Below, piece after piece: positions 50,701-64,000 of a stretch of 64,000 bases of DNA. The DNA comes from Cycas panzhihuaensis (Eukaryota; Plantae; Cycadophyta), in the NCBI GenBank assembly GCA_023213395.1, contig CM041465.1, forward strand, positions 93,255,741 through 93,319,740. The letters are read 5' to 3'. Position 1 is the stretch's first letter; every line of letters begins with the position of its first letter. Under the pieces are notes generated by a model. The model was not told where the DNA came from. It searched no databases and saw only the letters and a program-made list of their open reading frames with translations. Made by a program: the position numbers and the translations under genes.

Positions 50701-53700
50701 ATGTTGGCTATGATTCCCAAGAAGGTTAGAAATGTTATGAATGGAGCTCTAGAATCTCCCTTCTCAATGGAAGAGATGAGGAAAGAAATATTTGGCATGA
50801 AGAGAGAGAAGGCCCCTAGTCTGAATGGCTTCCCCCCTAGGTTTTACTAGGAATATTGGTATATCATTAAAGAGGACCTCTTTAAAGTTGTAATGGAATT
50901 CTTTGAGAATGGGAAGATTCATGGAGAATAGCAAGCCACCTTTCTAGTCCTTATTTTGAAGAAAGGTAATGCGAAAAAATGGAGGACTTTAGGCCTATTA
51001 GTTTATGTAATATAAAGTATAAAATCTTAGCTAAACTTTTAACTAATAGGTTAAAGGAAATCCTCCCTCTGATAATTGGCCTAAGATAGGTTTGTTAAAG
51101 GCAAATAAATTCTAGATGGTATCATCATGGTCCAAAAAATAGTTCATTTGGCCTCACAGATGAAGGAGCCTAGTATGATTGTCAAGATTGAGCTCTCAAA
51201 GGCTTATGATAAGATATCATAGGAGTGCTTGATAAAATGCATCAAATCTTTTGCTTTTAGGGATCGGTGGAGGAAATTGATAGAGAGTTATATCTCTAAG
51301 TCAAGCTTCTCAATGATTGTTAATGGTACCTCCTCAGCTTTTTTCCCAGGCTTTAGGAGTTTAAGATAAAGGGACCCCTTAGCCCCATACTTTTATTCAT
51401 CATCATGGCTGAGCTGATGGGTAGGACTATAGAGGAATCTAGGAGAACTCAAAAGATTATGAGTTTAAAGCCTACTTCGAGTGCTGACAATGCTGTTCAT
51501 CGACACTTTGTGGATGATAATATTTTACTAAGTAGAGCTTCCATAAAAGAAGATAGAGCTATAAAAGTGGAGATTAAAAGGTTTGAGGTAGCAATGAATC
51601 AAAAGGTTAACCTAAATAAGATCAATATCTATTTTTTGAAACATATGGAGAGGATACAGAGAGTCATCAGTAGGATTGTGGGAATGCCCACCAGGAATCT
51701 TCTTATCTTGTATCTAGGCATGCCCCTATTTATTGGTAGAATGATAAAGAACCTCTAGAACCTAATCATTAGCTGGGTCTAAAGGAAATTAGTGGGTTGG
51801 AAGGGGGGATTACAGAACCAGACAGGGAAACTACAATTACTAGTGGCCTCTCTTTAGAGCATTCTAACTTATATGATTTCCCTATTTAAGTGCCCAAGGA
51901 AGGTTATAAATTCCCTTGACTCTATTTAAAAGAGGTTTCTATGGCCTGGGGATAAGGATAGGGACAAAATCCACCTTGTGTCCTAAGAGAAAGTATGTCT
52001 TCCTAAATGGGCAAGGGGCTTGAATGTTAAGGATATTGCTTATTTTAACAAAGCCCTAGTTGCTAAATTGGGCTAGAGCCTTGGAAAAAATGAGAAGAAG
52101 TCCTAGGGTAAGATTATTACATAAAAATATCTTAAAGACAATCAATATCTGAAACACAACACCCTAGGAAAACATAGATCTACAATTTGGAGGAGCTTGG
52201 TTTATGCAAAGAAGATGCTAGCATTAAGGTTTCAGTGGTGTTTAGGGGATGGAAAGTCAATTAACTTTTGGGAGGATAGTTAGTGTAGCCAAACCCAACT
52301 AAATAAGAAACCTATTCTCACTTCTATTTAGGATATTTATTAAAGTTTATATGGTAGAAAGGTGAATAGTTATCAGGAGGTTAGTGAGGAAGTAAAGAAC
52401 TGGAAATATTTTGAAGAAATTCCTCCAAATTACGTTAGAGAGCAACAAATTACAACCCTCAAGAATGAGTTAAATAAAGTGTACATTCCCTGACTCCTTA
52501 AGGAATATTCCTTAATATGGCCTACATCCCTATCAGGGGAGTACTCGGTGAAATCTAGTTATCTATTCTTGATTTTTTAGAATGGTTTAAATAAAAATAA
52601 GCTACTCGGGATAATATGGAAGCTAGGGTTAATCCCTAAGGTTGCTATCTTCTGGTGGCTTTGCCTTAAGAATAAGATTCTAACCTTAGATAATCTAAGG
52701 AAGAGAGGCTTCTCACTAGTAAACAGATGTACTATCTACCTCAAGGAGGAGGAGTCCTTAGATCATATAGTGCTAGAATGCTCCTTTATCAAGGAGGTGT
52801 GGGTGAAGCTGTGGAGCATCTTTAAGGTTACATGGGTTTTGTTTAGAACTATGAAGGAAATAGCCAATGTTTAGTCCTATCCCTTTATATGTAACACTCT
52901 AAGTTTCTTATAGATAACCTCTTTACCTATGATGGTGTGGATTTTATGGAAAGAAAGAAACAAGCATATCTTTCAAGATAAAAGTATAAAGGAAATAAAA
53001 CTATTTATGATCATCATTATTGCTCTAAAAGAAACCTTAAAGGAGAAGGATGAAAGTTTTATCCCCCTAAGGAAATGAGGATCTTGGCAAACTAGGGGAT
53101 AAAGAACTCCAAATTCAAGGTGGAGACAAAGAGGCAAGGAACATGGAGCCCCCACTAGAGAACTAAGTTAGAGTAAACTTTGATGGAGTGTCAAAAGGCA
53201 ATCCCAGCGAAGTGGGGGGGTGGTGGGCTATGCAAGGACGAAGAAGACAAGGTGCTCTAGGCTTTGGCTAATTATTATGGTATTCAAATAAATCATTGAG
53301 CTGAAATTAAAGTGATGTATAAATCCATGAATTTGGTCTCTATAAAGGGCATCCTGAGAGTTATTTTGGAAGGGGACTTTCTAAATGCAATAAAACTGAT
53401 TAGAGAGGAAGAAGAGCTAGATTAGAGGTATAGGGCCATAATTAATGATGCTAAGGAGTCTCTTTAAAGGAGAGAAAATTCTCAAGTGGCTCATATTTAT
53501 AGAGAATAAAATGGGATAGCTAACCGATTAGCAAACTGGGGGTTCATCTTAGAAGTGTTGTAGTATAGAAGAATAATTTACCTGAGGAGATTATGGGTAT
53601 GGTCAGAAAAGATTTGGGGGGCACAAGTTCTAGCCGATATCCTTAAATGGTCCACTAGATACCAGTGGCCTTAGTTTCTTCATTGGGATACTTATACCTA

Positions 53701-53897
53701 ACCACTGGGCTTATCGTGGCTAGGGTAGATTAGCAGCAATATGTCTTTAGGATGGCTTGTTCTGGGTAGCTAGCCCGTGGGCCTGTCATGGTGGATCTTG
53801 GTAGTCAATCTGGTAGATTTTGTATAGGGGTTGGGGTTCCCTTTTATTCCTCTCATTTATTTAAACCATATCAAAAAATAAAATAAATAAAATAAAA
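47777..53897 (+). mobile_element. Degenerate near-full-length L1-clade LINE (ORF1; ORF2 with endonuclease, RT, zinc finger, RNase H; A-rich tail)
   Basis: ORF1 ~48200-49400 (NLVGHFLGPR, EKWHPNFD, IPLWVHF); endonuclease LL*ETKL, GDFNMTLS, KLDRVLVN; WLDEGDRNTKFF; FRPISLCN; SKAYDKI; FVDD; RNase H NFDGVSKGNP...HIYRE*NGIANRLA at ~53170-53540; A-rich tail 53873-53897. 5' end approximate. Confidence 0.93.
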
Positions 53898-54552
53898 GGA
53901 TTAACTTTAATTTTAAGTATATAATATATAAAATATAGCCCAAAATAATGACCTTTAAATTGTGATTCTAATAGTTTAGATAAAATCAAATACTAATACT
54001 TGTGTCAAAAGATGTACTCATTTTAAAGAGGTTCACTCATAGGCTTTATGGGACTACAACAGTATCTTTTATTAAAATAATAATAACTTTTTATCAAATC
54101 TCTGATCGACATAAGATCACTTACATTGGAAAGTAGAATTTAAATGCATATAATTAAAAAATAAATTGAGGTCAATTGGATACCTATAGCTAAAGTTATA
54201 GCCATTTAAAGTTAAAGTAATAGATTTAACTCCAAAGGTGGTAACAAAAACTAGGTTGAAATTAAATATGCTATAATTTTTATATTTTCACCCTGAAACC
54301 TATAGTGTAACCAGTTAAGATTTATAAAATGATCCATTTTATCTCAAATTTGCCAAAGTTTGTTTTTTTTTAATTAGCATTTATACACTTAAATATGTAT
54401 TCAAAACCCTACATTAAGGTAGGGAAAAAATATTTTACCAAATAACCTTTCTCTAATACATATATCATAGGTTGCCCTTATCACCCCTACAATATGCAAA
54501 ATAAGGGAAAAATAACTCAAAAATGGTAGAGGTGGATGGAGTGGGAGATAAA

Positions 54553-55127
54553 ACTAAAGAGCACCAAAAGGAGACCAAAGTAAACCCCAATACAATTATA
54601 TTCATCAACATAACATTACATGAGGTGGGGGTATTATATTTATAAGAGAATCACCCTATTATTATATTATTTTAATTCTAATCTAACCAATCATACATTT
54701 TCCCTATTATTAAATACTCCTAATCCTAACCTAGTTAGCCCTTAACCTTCTAACCTGTTAACTCTTTAATATGTAATAAAGGCTCACCACATGTAATAGG
54801 CCAACACTTGTTACCTCTATAAATATTCAAAATAAAGAAAGATAAACCAAAAATAGTGAAAATTAATAGAGTGTGAGGTGTAAGTGAAGTACACTAAAGA
54901 GAACCAGACATCAAAATAAACCCTAATAAGATTATATTCATCAACATAATATTACATGTGATGGGAGTATCATGTTTATAGGAGGATAACCTCATTATTA
55001 TATTATTCTATCTCTAGGAAAAGCAATCATACATTTCTCCTAATATTAAATACTCTTAACTTTAATCTACTTAATCATTAACCTTCTAACCTATTAACCT
55101 TTTAATATGTGGTGAAGTATCACCACA
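54553..55127. repeat. Two diverged ~238-bp direct repeats (54553-54791 and 54893-55127), probably LTR-derived
   Basis: Shared ACTAAAGAG...ATTATATTCATCAACATAA...AATCATACATTT...AACCTTCTAACCT...TCACCACA. Confidence 0.8.
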
Positions 55128-55399
55128 ATAGATCTTGTCATATGCTGACAAGATCTTAGTCAACTATTAGGTAAGTTAACTAGCATTGATCCCATTAATT
55201 AATGAGACCTTGTTGACATAAGTAAGTAACATGATCACACATTATTATTCAACTTAATCAAAACTATATTATATATAATGTCAACCTGAATGACCAATAT
55301 CTCTCTTGGACTTACAAGTATTCCATCCCTGAATACCCAAGCTAATATCTCTCCCTAACATAAAATCATAATGTACTTTTAGGTAAGGAGAATAAAGCT

Positions 55400-58300
55400 T
55401 CTACTGTAGTAGGCAGACTAATGTTAGGTATGCTAAATTTAGAGCATTCTTCTACTAACTTGGTTAACTTTGTCAAAGCCTTTGTAATAGAAATTAATAG
55501 ATTATTATCTAAATCTACTAAACACTATAGCTTATCTTCAAGTTGATCTCAAGATATAACATTTGTTATTTAAATCTCAAACTAAAATTCATCACTTAGA
55601 CAATATGCTTTGTTTAAAGCTTCATCCAATGTAAACTACAGTATAACAATCTAATGTTAGATATATGAAAAATCCTCTAAGAGCTTATTTATTTCTATCT
55701 ATAATGGTTGAATTTGAGTGAATCTAAGAGTTTGTTCATTTCTCCTCTATGCTATAGTTAGGGTGTGTTGTACTTCCTCTAGATTTTAAGTAATCTTTGT
55801 CCTCTACTTTATTAGCTCTTGTAGCCATTGTTGGAAGTAATGGGCTTGAACCTATAAAACATTTAGGCTTTCAACCAAAATATTCCATTACTTAACTACT
55901 TCCTAAGAGGAATCCTTGCATTTATGAAATAACATCTATTGCAGTGATAACATTTTTATTTTTCTCTCTTTCAATTTGGTAGAAATTTGAAGAATCAATT
56001 CTCGAAACATTATTTTAGTATCCCTCACAACATCTACATGTTGATTCTTAAGGTCTTGGATTTTAGAGTGCATATCGATAACACTTTCTAAAATCATTAT
56101 TATCTATGTTTGGAAGGATATGTACCTTTGTTCCATCTATTAAACTTGACCTCTTAATTACTTAATCAAATTAGCATTTTTATCCACTCTAGACTTTGTG
56201 AAATTGACATAAGCATTAGAAATGGAAACCGATTAGTTGATAATTAGAGGTAAACCTTTTAATAAATTGTTCTGATGGTTCTTCATTTCCATATGAAAGA
56301 GTACGTGATTTCTGAGGATATAGTAGAAGTTACATTATGGTAACTTTTGTGCAAGGTATTATGAATGGATTAGTCAACATTACTTCTTGAGTCACCAATA
56401 CTTCCTAGAATTAACTTCCTTCTAGTTCAATATCATTTAGTAGCTATTCTCTTTTTTTCTACTTTTTCCTAGTGAAAAATTGTGCATATTCTTTAGTAAT
56501 GACATTGTTAGGATCTTTGTCCTCCATCCTTTCTCTAGTGTTATTATTCATATTAATAAATTGTAGCACTTCTTGCACTTAACCATGTCCAAGTATTTCT
56601 TGTGGCTCTAAATTATTGTTGTTTACCTTTTCTAGAGTGTCTACTACATCTTCCTCTATTGGAATATCTAGCATACTTATTTGTTGAATGATATCTAGGC
56701 TTGGATATATTAGATCTTTAATAATATTGATTAAAATATCCTATCGATTAGTTATCTCCATGTCTTATTGTAAGGCTTATATTTTGGTTATGGTCAAATG
56801 TATTTTTCCATGCTTATCATACCTTTTAGGATGTGTAAGTAGGAATTAACATTATCAATAAGAACCAACAATATTATTTCTTTAAACTTGTTATGGGCAG
56901 CTAGCTACTCTTCCAACTTACATTCATTTCAATCCTTTGTTTTCTCATGCCCTCATTTTGAAGAAGATTCCTTAAGTCCCATGCCTTATTTATAATTTCA
57001 ACTAAAAAACACTTATATGTCTTTGTTAGACTCTTGTCTTTTGGAGTTAACCTCTATTGTTCACTTGAATATGTTGTTCATTACTTCTTGATAGGCATTA
57101 TAATTAAGTGTTACTACTTGGGATATTTCTTAGGCAAGTCTGCCTCTGTTTTAGAGTAAATGGATTCTACTTTTAGCATGTTTATGACTTGTAATATATT
57201 TTTCAATTCATCAAGTTTATTAGATGGGAGATTAATGTCAAAAATGGAAAGATTGACTTATTTAATAATATTCAACAACATATATTATGCTTTTAATTCT
57301 AGTCATAGTTGTGGTGGTTGTAGTTTGAAAGGAAGTATTTTAATAGGTGCATTTAATTGTTGAAAATACAATCATACTTCATCATTAACCTCTAAAACAC
57401 AAAGATTTAGAAATGCTTATTGAAAAAGTGGAATGCAATAAAAAAAACTCTCAAAACTTACTATTTTTAACCTTACCTCCTACATTAGCTTATTCCAATA
57501 GGAAATATTCTTAATCCTATCATTGTGATCTAGAGCATGGAGGTAATTAGCAAAGTGGAACATCTCTAGATCCTTTGGTTGTCTCTAGGATGGGCTCTAT
57601 GTATGGACTTAATTATCATCAATAATAAGGAATAGTAATGAAATGTTGTCCCTTTATCCTAATATCTTTTTAGTCTCTTTATTCATCTCAATGCTCAAGT
57701 ACTTGGCCCACTACATCTTTTGTCCTCTTGATATTTTCAAAATAACTAGTCAATAATTTACAGGCATATTTATTGGTCTAGCTTATGGGATTAATATAAC
57801 ATAAATAATTTTTTCTATCCATTTCTGAGTGGGTTGCATCATGTCATTAATAAGTATTCCTTAACTATTATAACTTTTATTTTCCTTATAGATTTTCTTC
57901 CAAATTTCCCTTCTATCTACTTTTTCAAATGTTATCTCCTCTCCTTCAAGAGGCAATCCTATAAGTAGATTTATTGATTATGGAGTAATTATAAAGTTAT
58001 ATTTTAAAAAATGAAAAACTCCATCATTATACCTAAGGATTTTGTGTACTAATAAGTTTTACCATTGAAGAATGGGGAAAAATATCATTTAGGATATCCC
58101 AACTTGGTATATCAGTCATGCTCCTTATCTAAGTACCATTTGTTGTTTTAATTTTGTTGATGTACTTATGTTTTCCTAAACTAAAGCAGGTTGATATGCA
58201 TACTCTTTCCATTGAGTCTTGTGTGCTGATAATACTTTATCTACAATTCTATTTGAATTGAATGTTAGTTGAGATTTTTCTTAAAGTCTTGAATTTTGTC
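55400..58300 (-). pseudogene. Degenerate extra ORF region downstream of gypsy pol, with a PMD-like N-terminal part
   Basis: Minus-strand translation of 58050-57670 gives GVFHFLKYNFIITP*SINLLIGLPLEGE and RGQKM*WAKYLSIEM; the rest is E/K/Q-rich decayed coding-like sequence. Limits approximate. Confidence 0.5.
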
Positions 58301-58970
58301 TGCCCAATTTCTATAAGTTCCAACATCTTCCACTTCATTATTTATAATTTGTTAAACTTCATTCTAATTTCTTAAAATTATAATTTTAAAGAGTATGTTT
58401 GTTCAATGATCATTCCATAATTTATTAATTTTCTTTTATGCCTTGTCCATATGACCTATCATATCTCTATTGAATATTGCTATATGGCACACAACTTTCT
58501 CTTATTATTTCTATGACCATCCAAAATATGTGCCATTAATATGTCATTTTCATCAATTAGTTACTTATTCAATTAATTGTAACCATGTTTTGTTGCATGC
58601 CATTTGACCAATTCATCATCGGTCTTAAGGGTCAAGCTTTCACATCAATGTGTCAAGATATACAAGTATTAATAGTAGTTTCTTTATCTCTAACTCACAT
58701 ATTATATCACAATCATGATTAACTTTTCCTTAATTCTTATTCATTTCATGATTTTTGTTAGCAAGAAATCTCGTTGAGGATCTTTAGTAAATTTTCCTTC
58801 ATTAAATAAGGTCTATTGATTCATCTTCAAATTATCTTTATCGATTGAGATTTTGTTGAATCAACCTTGTCGACTAAAATTTATAAAGATCCATATATTA
58901 GTTGAAGCCTATTAAATGGTTATCTTTAATTAGTTAAACAACCTTTGTTGAACACTACTTATTAACTAGT

Positions 58971-61900
58971 CTACGATAGTTTCATTGTTCTATTGGACTT
59001 AATAATTAACATCACATTATTCAAATAAGGTGGAGGTTTTTTTTTTTTTTTTTTTAATTGAATGTACTTTTTCATTTGATTTCCATTAAGTTGACCCAAA
59101 ATTTCTTCACCTTCTAAAGTTTGTATAGAAACTGACCCATTGGGCCAAATTTCTTTTAGCTTGAAGGGACTATTCCAATGTGTTTTCATTTTTCCTAGTT
59201 TAGTCTTTAACTTACTATCAAACACCAAGACTAAATCTTCTAGCTTAAATTATTGTACTTAGATTTGTAAGTCATGGCATTACTTTTATCTTTGCTTTGT
59301 AACTTTTTTATCTAAATTAGACAACATTCTAGTCTCATCAAGTTTCATTAACTATTGCAATCTTCTAATTAATTATTGGTGATCTCCCCACTATATGAAA
59401 TACAGTACCCAAATATTAGGGATGAGGTATTCGATAGGCATAGTAATTTTTTATCCATATCTTAGTTAAAACAGAGTCTATCCTGATGTTTTCCTTTTCA
59501 TCATACATATGCCTAAAGCATAACATGAAGTTTGTTAGCCCAATCTAATCAACCCACATTACACATTTTTGTTAAGGATTTGCATAAGATCTTATTTAAA
59601 CTCTCCACCAACCCATTATACCTTGGATAGTATGGGATCAATTTGTAATGTTGTATCAAGAAATTATAAAGCAAGTGCATGACTATTTGACTTATAAAAT
59701 AAGAACCTTGATTGCTAACTAACTCCAATAGGCATCTAAATCATACAATTACCACTTAGAATTTAAAAATACTATTGTAGTCATCATGTAATCTTGTGTT
59801 TCTCTTGCCTCGACCCAACCTATTATATAGTCCGTAGTGATAATAATATAATGAGCTCCAATTTTTGCCATTAATGGGCTAATGGGTCTAATAAAGACAA
59901 TACACCATTTAGCAAATGGTGTGTCTTCAATAATTAAGTTTAAGGGAAAGAAATTTTCCCTACTCAATTTGTCGATTCTCTAGAATATATCTCATTTCTT
60001 TGACCAATCATGGGAGTCTTTGAAAATTGTAGGCCACCAAAGGCCTAACTGTAAAATCTTCCTTACAAATGAATCTTTAGTGACATGTCCTCTACAATGC
60101 CTTTATGAGATGCACTTAATATCATTTCTCTTTCATGTTCTAGAATGCATCTACAAAGTATCATATCTAAACTATGTCTATATAGTTGTCCTATAATCAA
60201 TGGATAAAATTGGCTCTTACTTACCAAAGCTCTTTCCACCTTTATCAACATGGTTGATGATGTAGTTCCTATATGCAAAAAATATATAATATCTATAAAT
60301 TCATCAGGGATGACCTCAATTTTATAGCGTTTTACATCTGAAAGTCATTATCCATTCCCAAGGGTTCTTCATCTATTTGAATTCATGAAATATGATTTAG
60401 AGCTACATGTGCTTTGCTAGGTTTCAAAAATATTTTAAAATTATATTCCTTGAATAAAATAATCCATTGACTTAACCATCCTTGAAGCATAAGCTTGTTA
60501 ACTAGGTATGTTAATACCTTGTGGTATGTATAAAAGTGGAAGAAGCTTGCCAGAAGGTAATGCCAAAATTTTTGAAGTGTATATAGTAAGGCAAGTCCTT
60601 CCCAATCCATTGTGGTATAGTTATTTTCCATCTGAGTTAGGCATATACTCATAAATATGATCAAATGATTAATGGCCCATTTTTCAAGTTGAGTTAAAAC
60701 AACTCATATTATTATTGCTAATGCATCAACATGAATATAAAAAATCTTATTCTAATTTGGAAAACATAGAATTGGTGGGTTGTCCAATTTTTATTTTAAA
60801 TTTTCAAAACCCTATTAGCACTTTGTCAACCAAGTGGATGGTGTATCCTTCTACAATTGATTTTCTAGTGGTACTATGATAGCTGCATAATTCTTAATGA
60901 ATTTTCAATAATATCCAATATGTCTAATAAATTTTTTTACCATTTACTAATTACTTGGAGATTGTAGATTTCAGATCATTTGGATTTTGTTTGAATCAAT
61001 TAATAATCCTTTACAAACTAGATGGCCTAGCAAGGTGCCAAAATTATCTATAAGTTGGCATTTATTTGGATTTAAATATATGCTTACCTATTGACATTTA
61101 TAAAGCATCATCCTTAAATTTGCATTATGATCTTTAAGAAATCCAAATTTTGTCTAATCATTTAAATAGGATTTTAAGAATTTATAGAGAAATTATTTAA
61201 AAACTAATGTAACAATTCTAGAAAAAATAGTTCGAGCATTTATTAATCCAAAGGGCATAAAGTTTTAAGTATATAATCCTCATTCTATTATAAATATAGT
61301 CTTTCTCCAATCTTCATTTATAATTTTCACCTGATTATAGCTAAATAATCCATTCGTGAAGGAGTAAATTTCCTACCCTATAACATTTTCCAATACTTTT
61401 TTAGCGAAGGCTATGAGAAATTGGCCTTTCTTTGTCACTTTATTCAAAGATCAAAAGTCAACATATATCCTTCATTTTCCATCCTTCTTTTTGGTAATGA
61501 CAATTAGACTAACCTAATCACTTTTCTCAATAAGTACATCATGTAATGACTAGCCTTTCAATTTCCTCTTATACCTTCTTTTTGTATTTTGGGTTCATTT
61601 TGTATGGCCTTTATTATATTGGCTTTGCTCCTTCTTCCAACCTAATTTTCATAATTGCCAATATGTTCTAAAATACCTTTTAGATCTTTATATATCTTGG
61701 CAAAGACATCTTTGAATTCCTTAAAAAGTTTATGAGCTTCTACCATTATCTATTCTAGCCATCTATCTCCTACCAAAATTTGTTTTGGTTCTTCATTTGT
61801 CCCGAGGTTTATCTTTTAGAATTTTGTTGGTCAACTACAATTAGTCATATCATATGCCAACATTTTTTTGACTTTTCTTCTTTCATGTTTAGTGTCTTTA
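58971..61900 (-). pseudogene. Non-chromovirus Ty3/gypsy pol remnant (RT, RNase H, integrase)
   Basis: ORFs 58971-59228 (KTHWNSPF...PNGSV), 59749-59967 (FAKW..FI.PI...YIIITTDY..WVEA), 60063-60278 and 60383-60664 (NYTT..EGLA..Y.LQKFWHYLL); MPFGLINA near 61250. Confidence 0.92.
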
Positions 61901-62089
61901 AATCTTTGTCAATGAATTACATGTACACATAACTCCACAAAAATCTAAAGTACCTATTGACAACTACCATAAGAACTACCACAAAAAATGTAGTGGTAAA
62001 TAGACTTCTCTAAGAGATTAGAATGACTAGCTTAGATTCCACTTATGGTGGACCAAGAATGTACAGATAAAGGAAATCAATAAATTTCC

Positions 62090-63430
62090 ATGAAAGTAAT
62101 TAAGTATAGAGAAGCCATTGCATTAGCAGAGGTGTAGAATAGTTAAAGACCAAGTTATAAGTTCAAATGATTAATAATTTGTCAAAAGGAGACCTATAAA
62201 TATTTCCTTCTAATCTGTTTATGTACATGTCAAGAATTTTGGTGTTATGAGACTGTAGTGCATATAATACATTATTGATACTTTTCATTTCACCATCTCT
62301 TATCTAAATGGTAATTAAGCATTTGCCTTTGACTCCTTATGCCCCAAACACAACTTTATTTGAGAGTGCTCTTTCAAGCTTTACAAATTGATCTTCTTTA
62401 TAATCCATGTGAGTAGAACACCTCAAGTCTATGTACCATCTATTTCTTGTTTCATGTGTTATCAATCTTGAAAAGAATAAATTTCCATTCTTCTCTTTTA
62501 CTATCATATTTGCCTCCTTTCTTTCTATGCTTACTTTCCTAAAGAATGCTCATTCATTTGGTGTCCATATCTTTTGTAGTAAGTACATTAATTTGTGATT
62601 TTGCCTCTTCCTCTTCCCACTTGACTTAGACTCCTTCCATGCCCTCTATAACTAGGATTTTCACCTCATCCATAATTTTATTCTTTAAATATTTGGCCTC
62701 TACCTCTCCAACTCAAATTTTGGCCTTTCTAATTCAGTGATTAAGCTCTTTAAGTTGAGATTCTTTTAGCATCATTCTTGATTTTTAAGCTGATTTTAAG
62801 GGTTTGCTCTAAACTTTCATTTAAGCTTTTGTTCTTCTCTTTAACTACTAATAAGACCCCACTAAACTCATCAATCTTCATTTTAAACAAGTTTTTAGAC
62901 CCCTTAATCTTGTCGTGATCATCATAAACCTTTTCACTTGCCCTACACTCCTTAAAATATTTTCCACAATTCTTTATTTGTTAACATCATCTCCCAATAC
63001 TCTTATTCGATTAACCAACCCTTAAGACTTTTGTGATGGAATCATTGATTGGCTCTCTATATTCATCTTATTATTTTTTTAACTTTACTCTTAGATTTTA
63101 GAGTTTGATGATGGCTACTCTCTCATAAGCATTTTTAAAAATATTCCAAGCCTATTTTGATATTTTTATGTCACTAACTCTCAAAAATATATGGTCTTCC
63201 ATGGCACTAAAGATAATTAACAATGTTTCACTATCCTTTTTTATTTCATTATAAGTTGCCATTTTTTCATTAGAATATGTGGTTTTAAAATCTAATTCTA
63301 TATATCTTTTAATTACTAATGTCCATAAGTCTCTAGCAATAGAGAAAAACTTCATGCACCTACTCTAATTAGTGTAATATATGCCATCAAACTTGGGAAT
63401 AATGAGATCATTAATGTTAAATGCTATGAT
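62090..63430 (-). pseudogene. Ty1/copia gag and protease remnant, Copia-5
   Basis: ORF 63152-63355 (DLWTLV...IFLRV...*AWNIFKNAYE); RG-rich region and knuckle near 62560-62700; WYIDLRCSTHM at ~62407-62440. Confidence 0.85.
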
Positions 63431-64000
63431 TATTTGTTACATACCAATCAACAAATGAAAATAAGTGAGGAAATAAAGTTAAATCACATATATAAATTAC
63501 AACACAACAAAATCCCTATCCCTCAAAACTCAAGACCTCCTCCTATCTCATGTTTGTTTCCCTCCTTCCTCCTTTTTGGTCTTTAAATGAGACTATGCCA
63601 CCACAAAAGAAATTTTTATTAAGAAGAGCATCAATTTTAAGCTTAAATCTTACTTGAAGCATATCCACATAATAAACTATCCATGAATCACCTTAACGAA
63701 TGTTAGAATTCATGGAATCACTAGAAAGTTTAATGAAAAATAACAAAATCTAGCTTTTAGATATAATAAAATACTAATTTCTATATATAACCTTTATAAA
63801 ATAAAAGAAAACAAATAATCGTAACATTATGGCATCAAATTCAAAAAGTAACTAGTAATAAAGCCAAAAATAGACACTAGCACTATATGCATATGACCAA
63901 TAGATTATTAGTTAGGGTTTGAGCAGTCTAGATCTCAAATTTTATTAAATTCAATTTAATATCACTTATACCTTTGAGAAAAGCATAAGCCAAGGTAAAG

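Overview
Plant intergenic DNA made almost entirely of nested, decayed retrotransposons; I found no host gene. From left to right: three Ty1/copia remnants and a chromodomain-bearing Ty3/gypsy (1-13.8 kb), an old Tat-like gypsy and a second chromovirus-like pol (13.8-25.9 kb), a 1.6-kb composite insertion (25954-27559), and another copia (to 30.3 kb). These are followed by a structurally complete 16.7-kb Tat-like gypsy on the minus strand (30826-47549), an L1-type LINE with an RNase H domain (47.8-53.9 kb), and minus-strand gypsy and copia remnants. Best candidate for an undescribed system: a five-unit array of a ~252-bp miniature LTR element. It has a tRNA-type Pol III A box at the end of its ~68-bp LTR and a B box just after the primer-binding site, which would make a split promoter complete only at a 5' LTR. 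The array is fused at the PBS to a foreign 356-bp LTR, and the whole is flanked by a perfect 5-bp TSD (CTATT). Second highlight: the Tat-like element carries a three-exon antisense plant-mobile-domain gene head-to-head with a stand-alone extra RNase H ORF, and 20-bp-phased GCGGTACCGC-like palindromes shared between its LTRs and that gene's intron. All alignments and translations were done by eye. Boundaries of old elements are approximate, and lineage names come from recalled motifs and domain order, not database searches.
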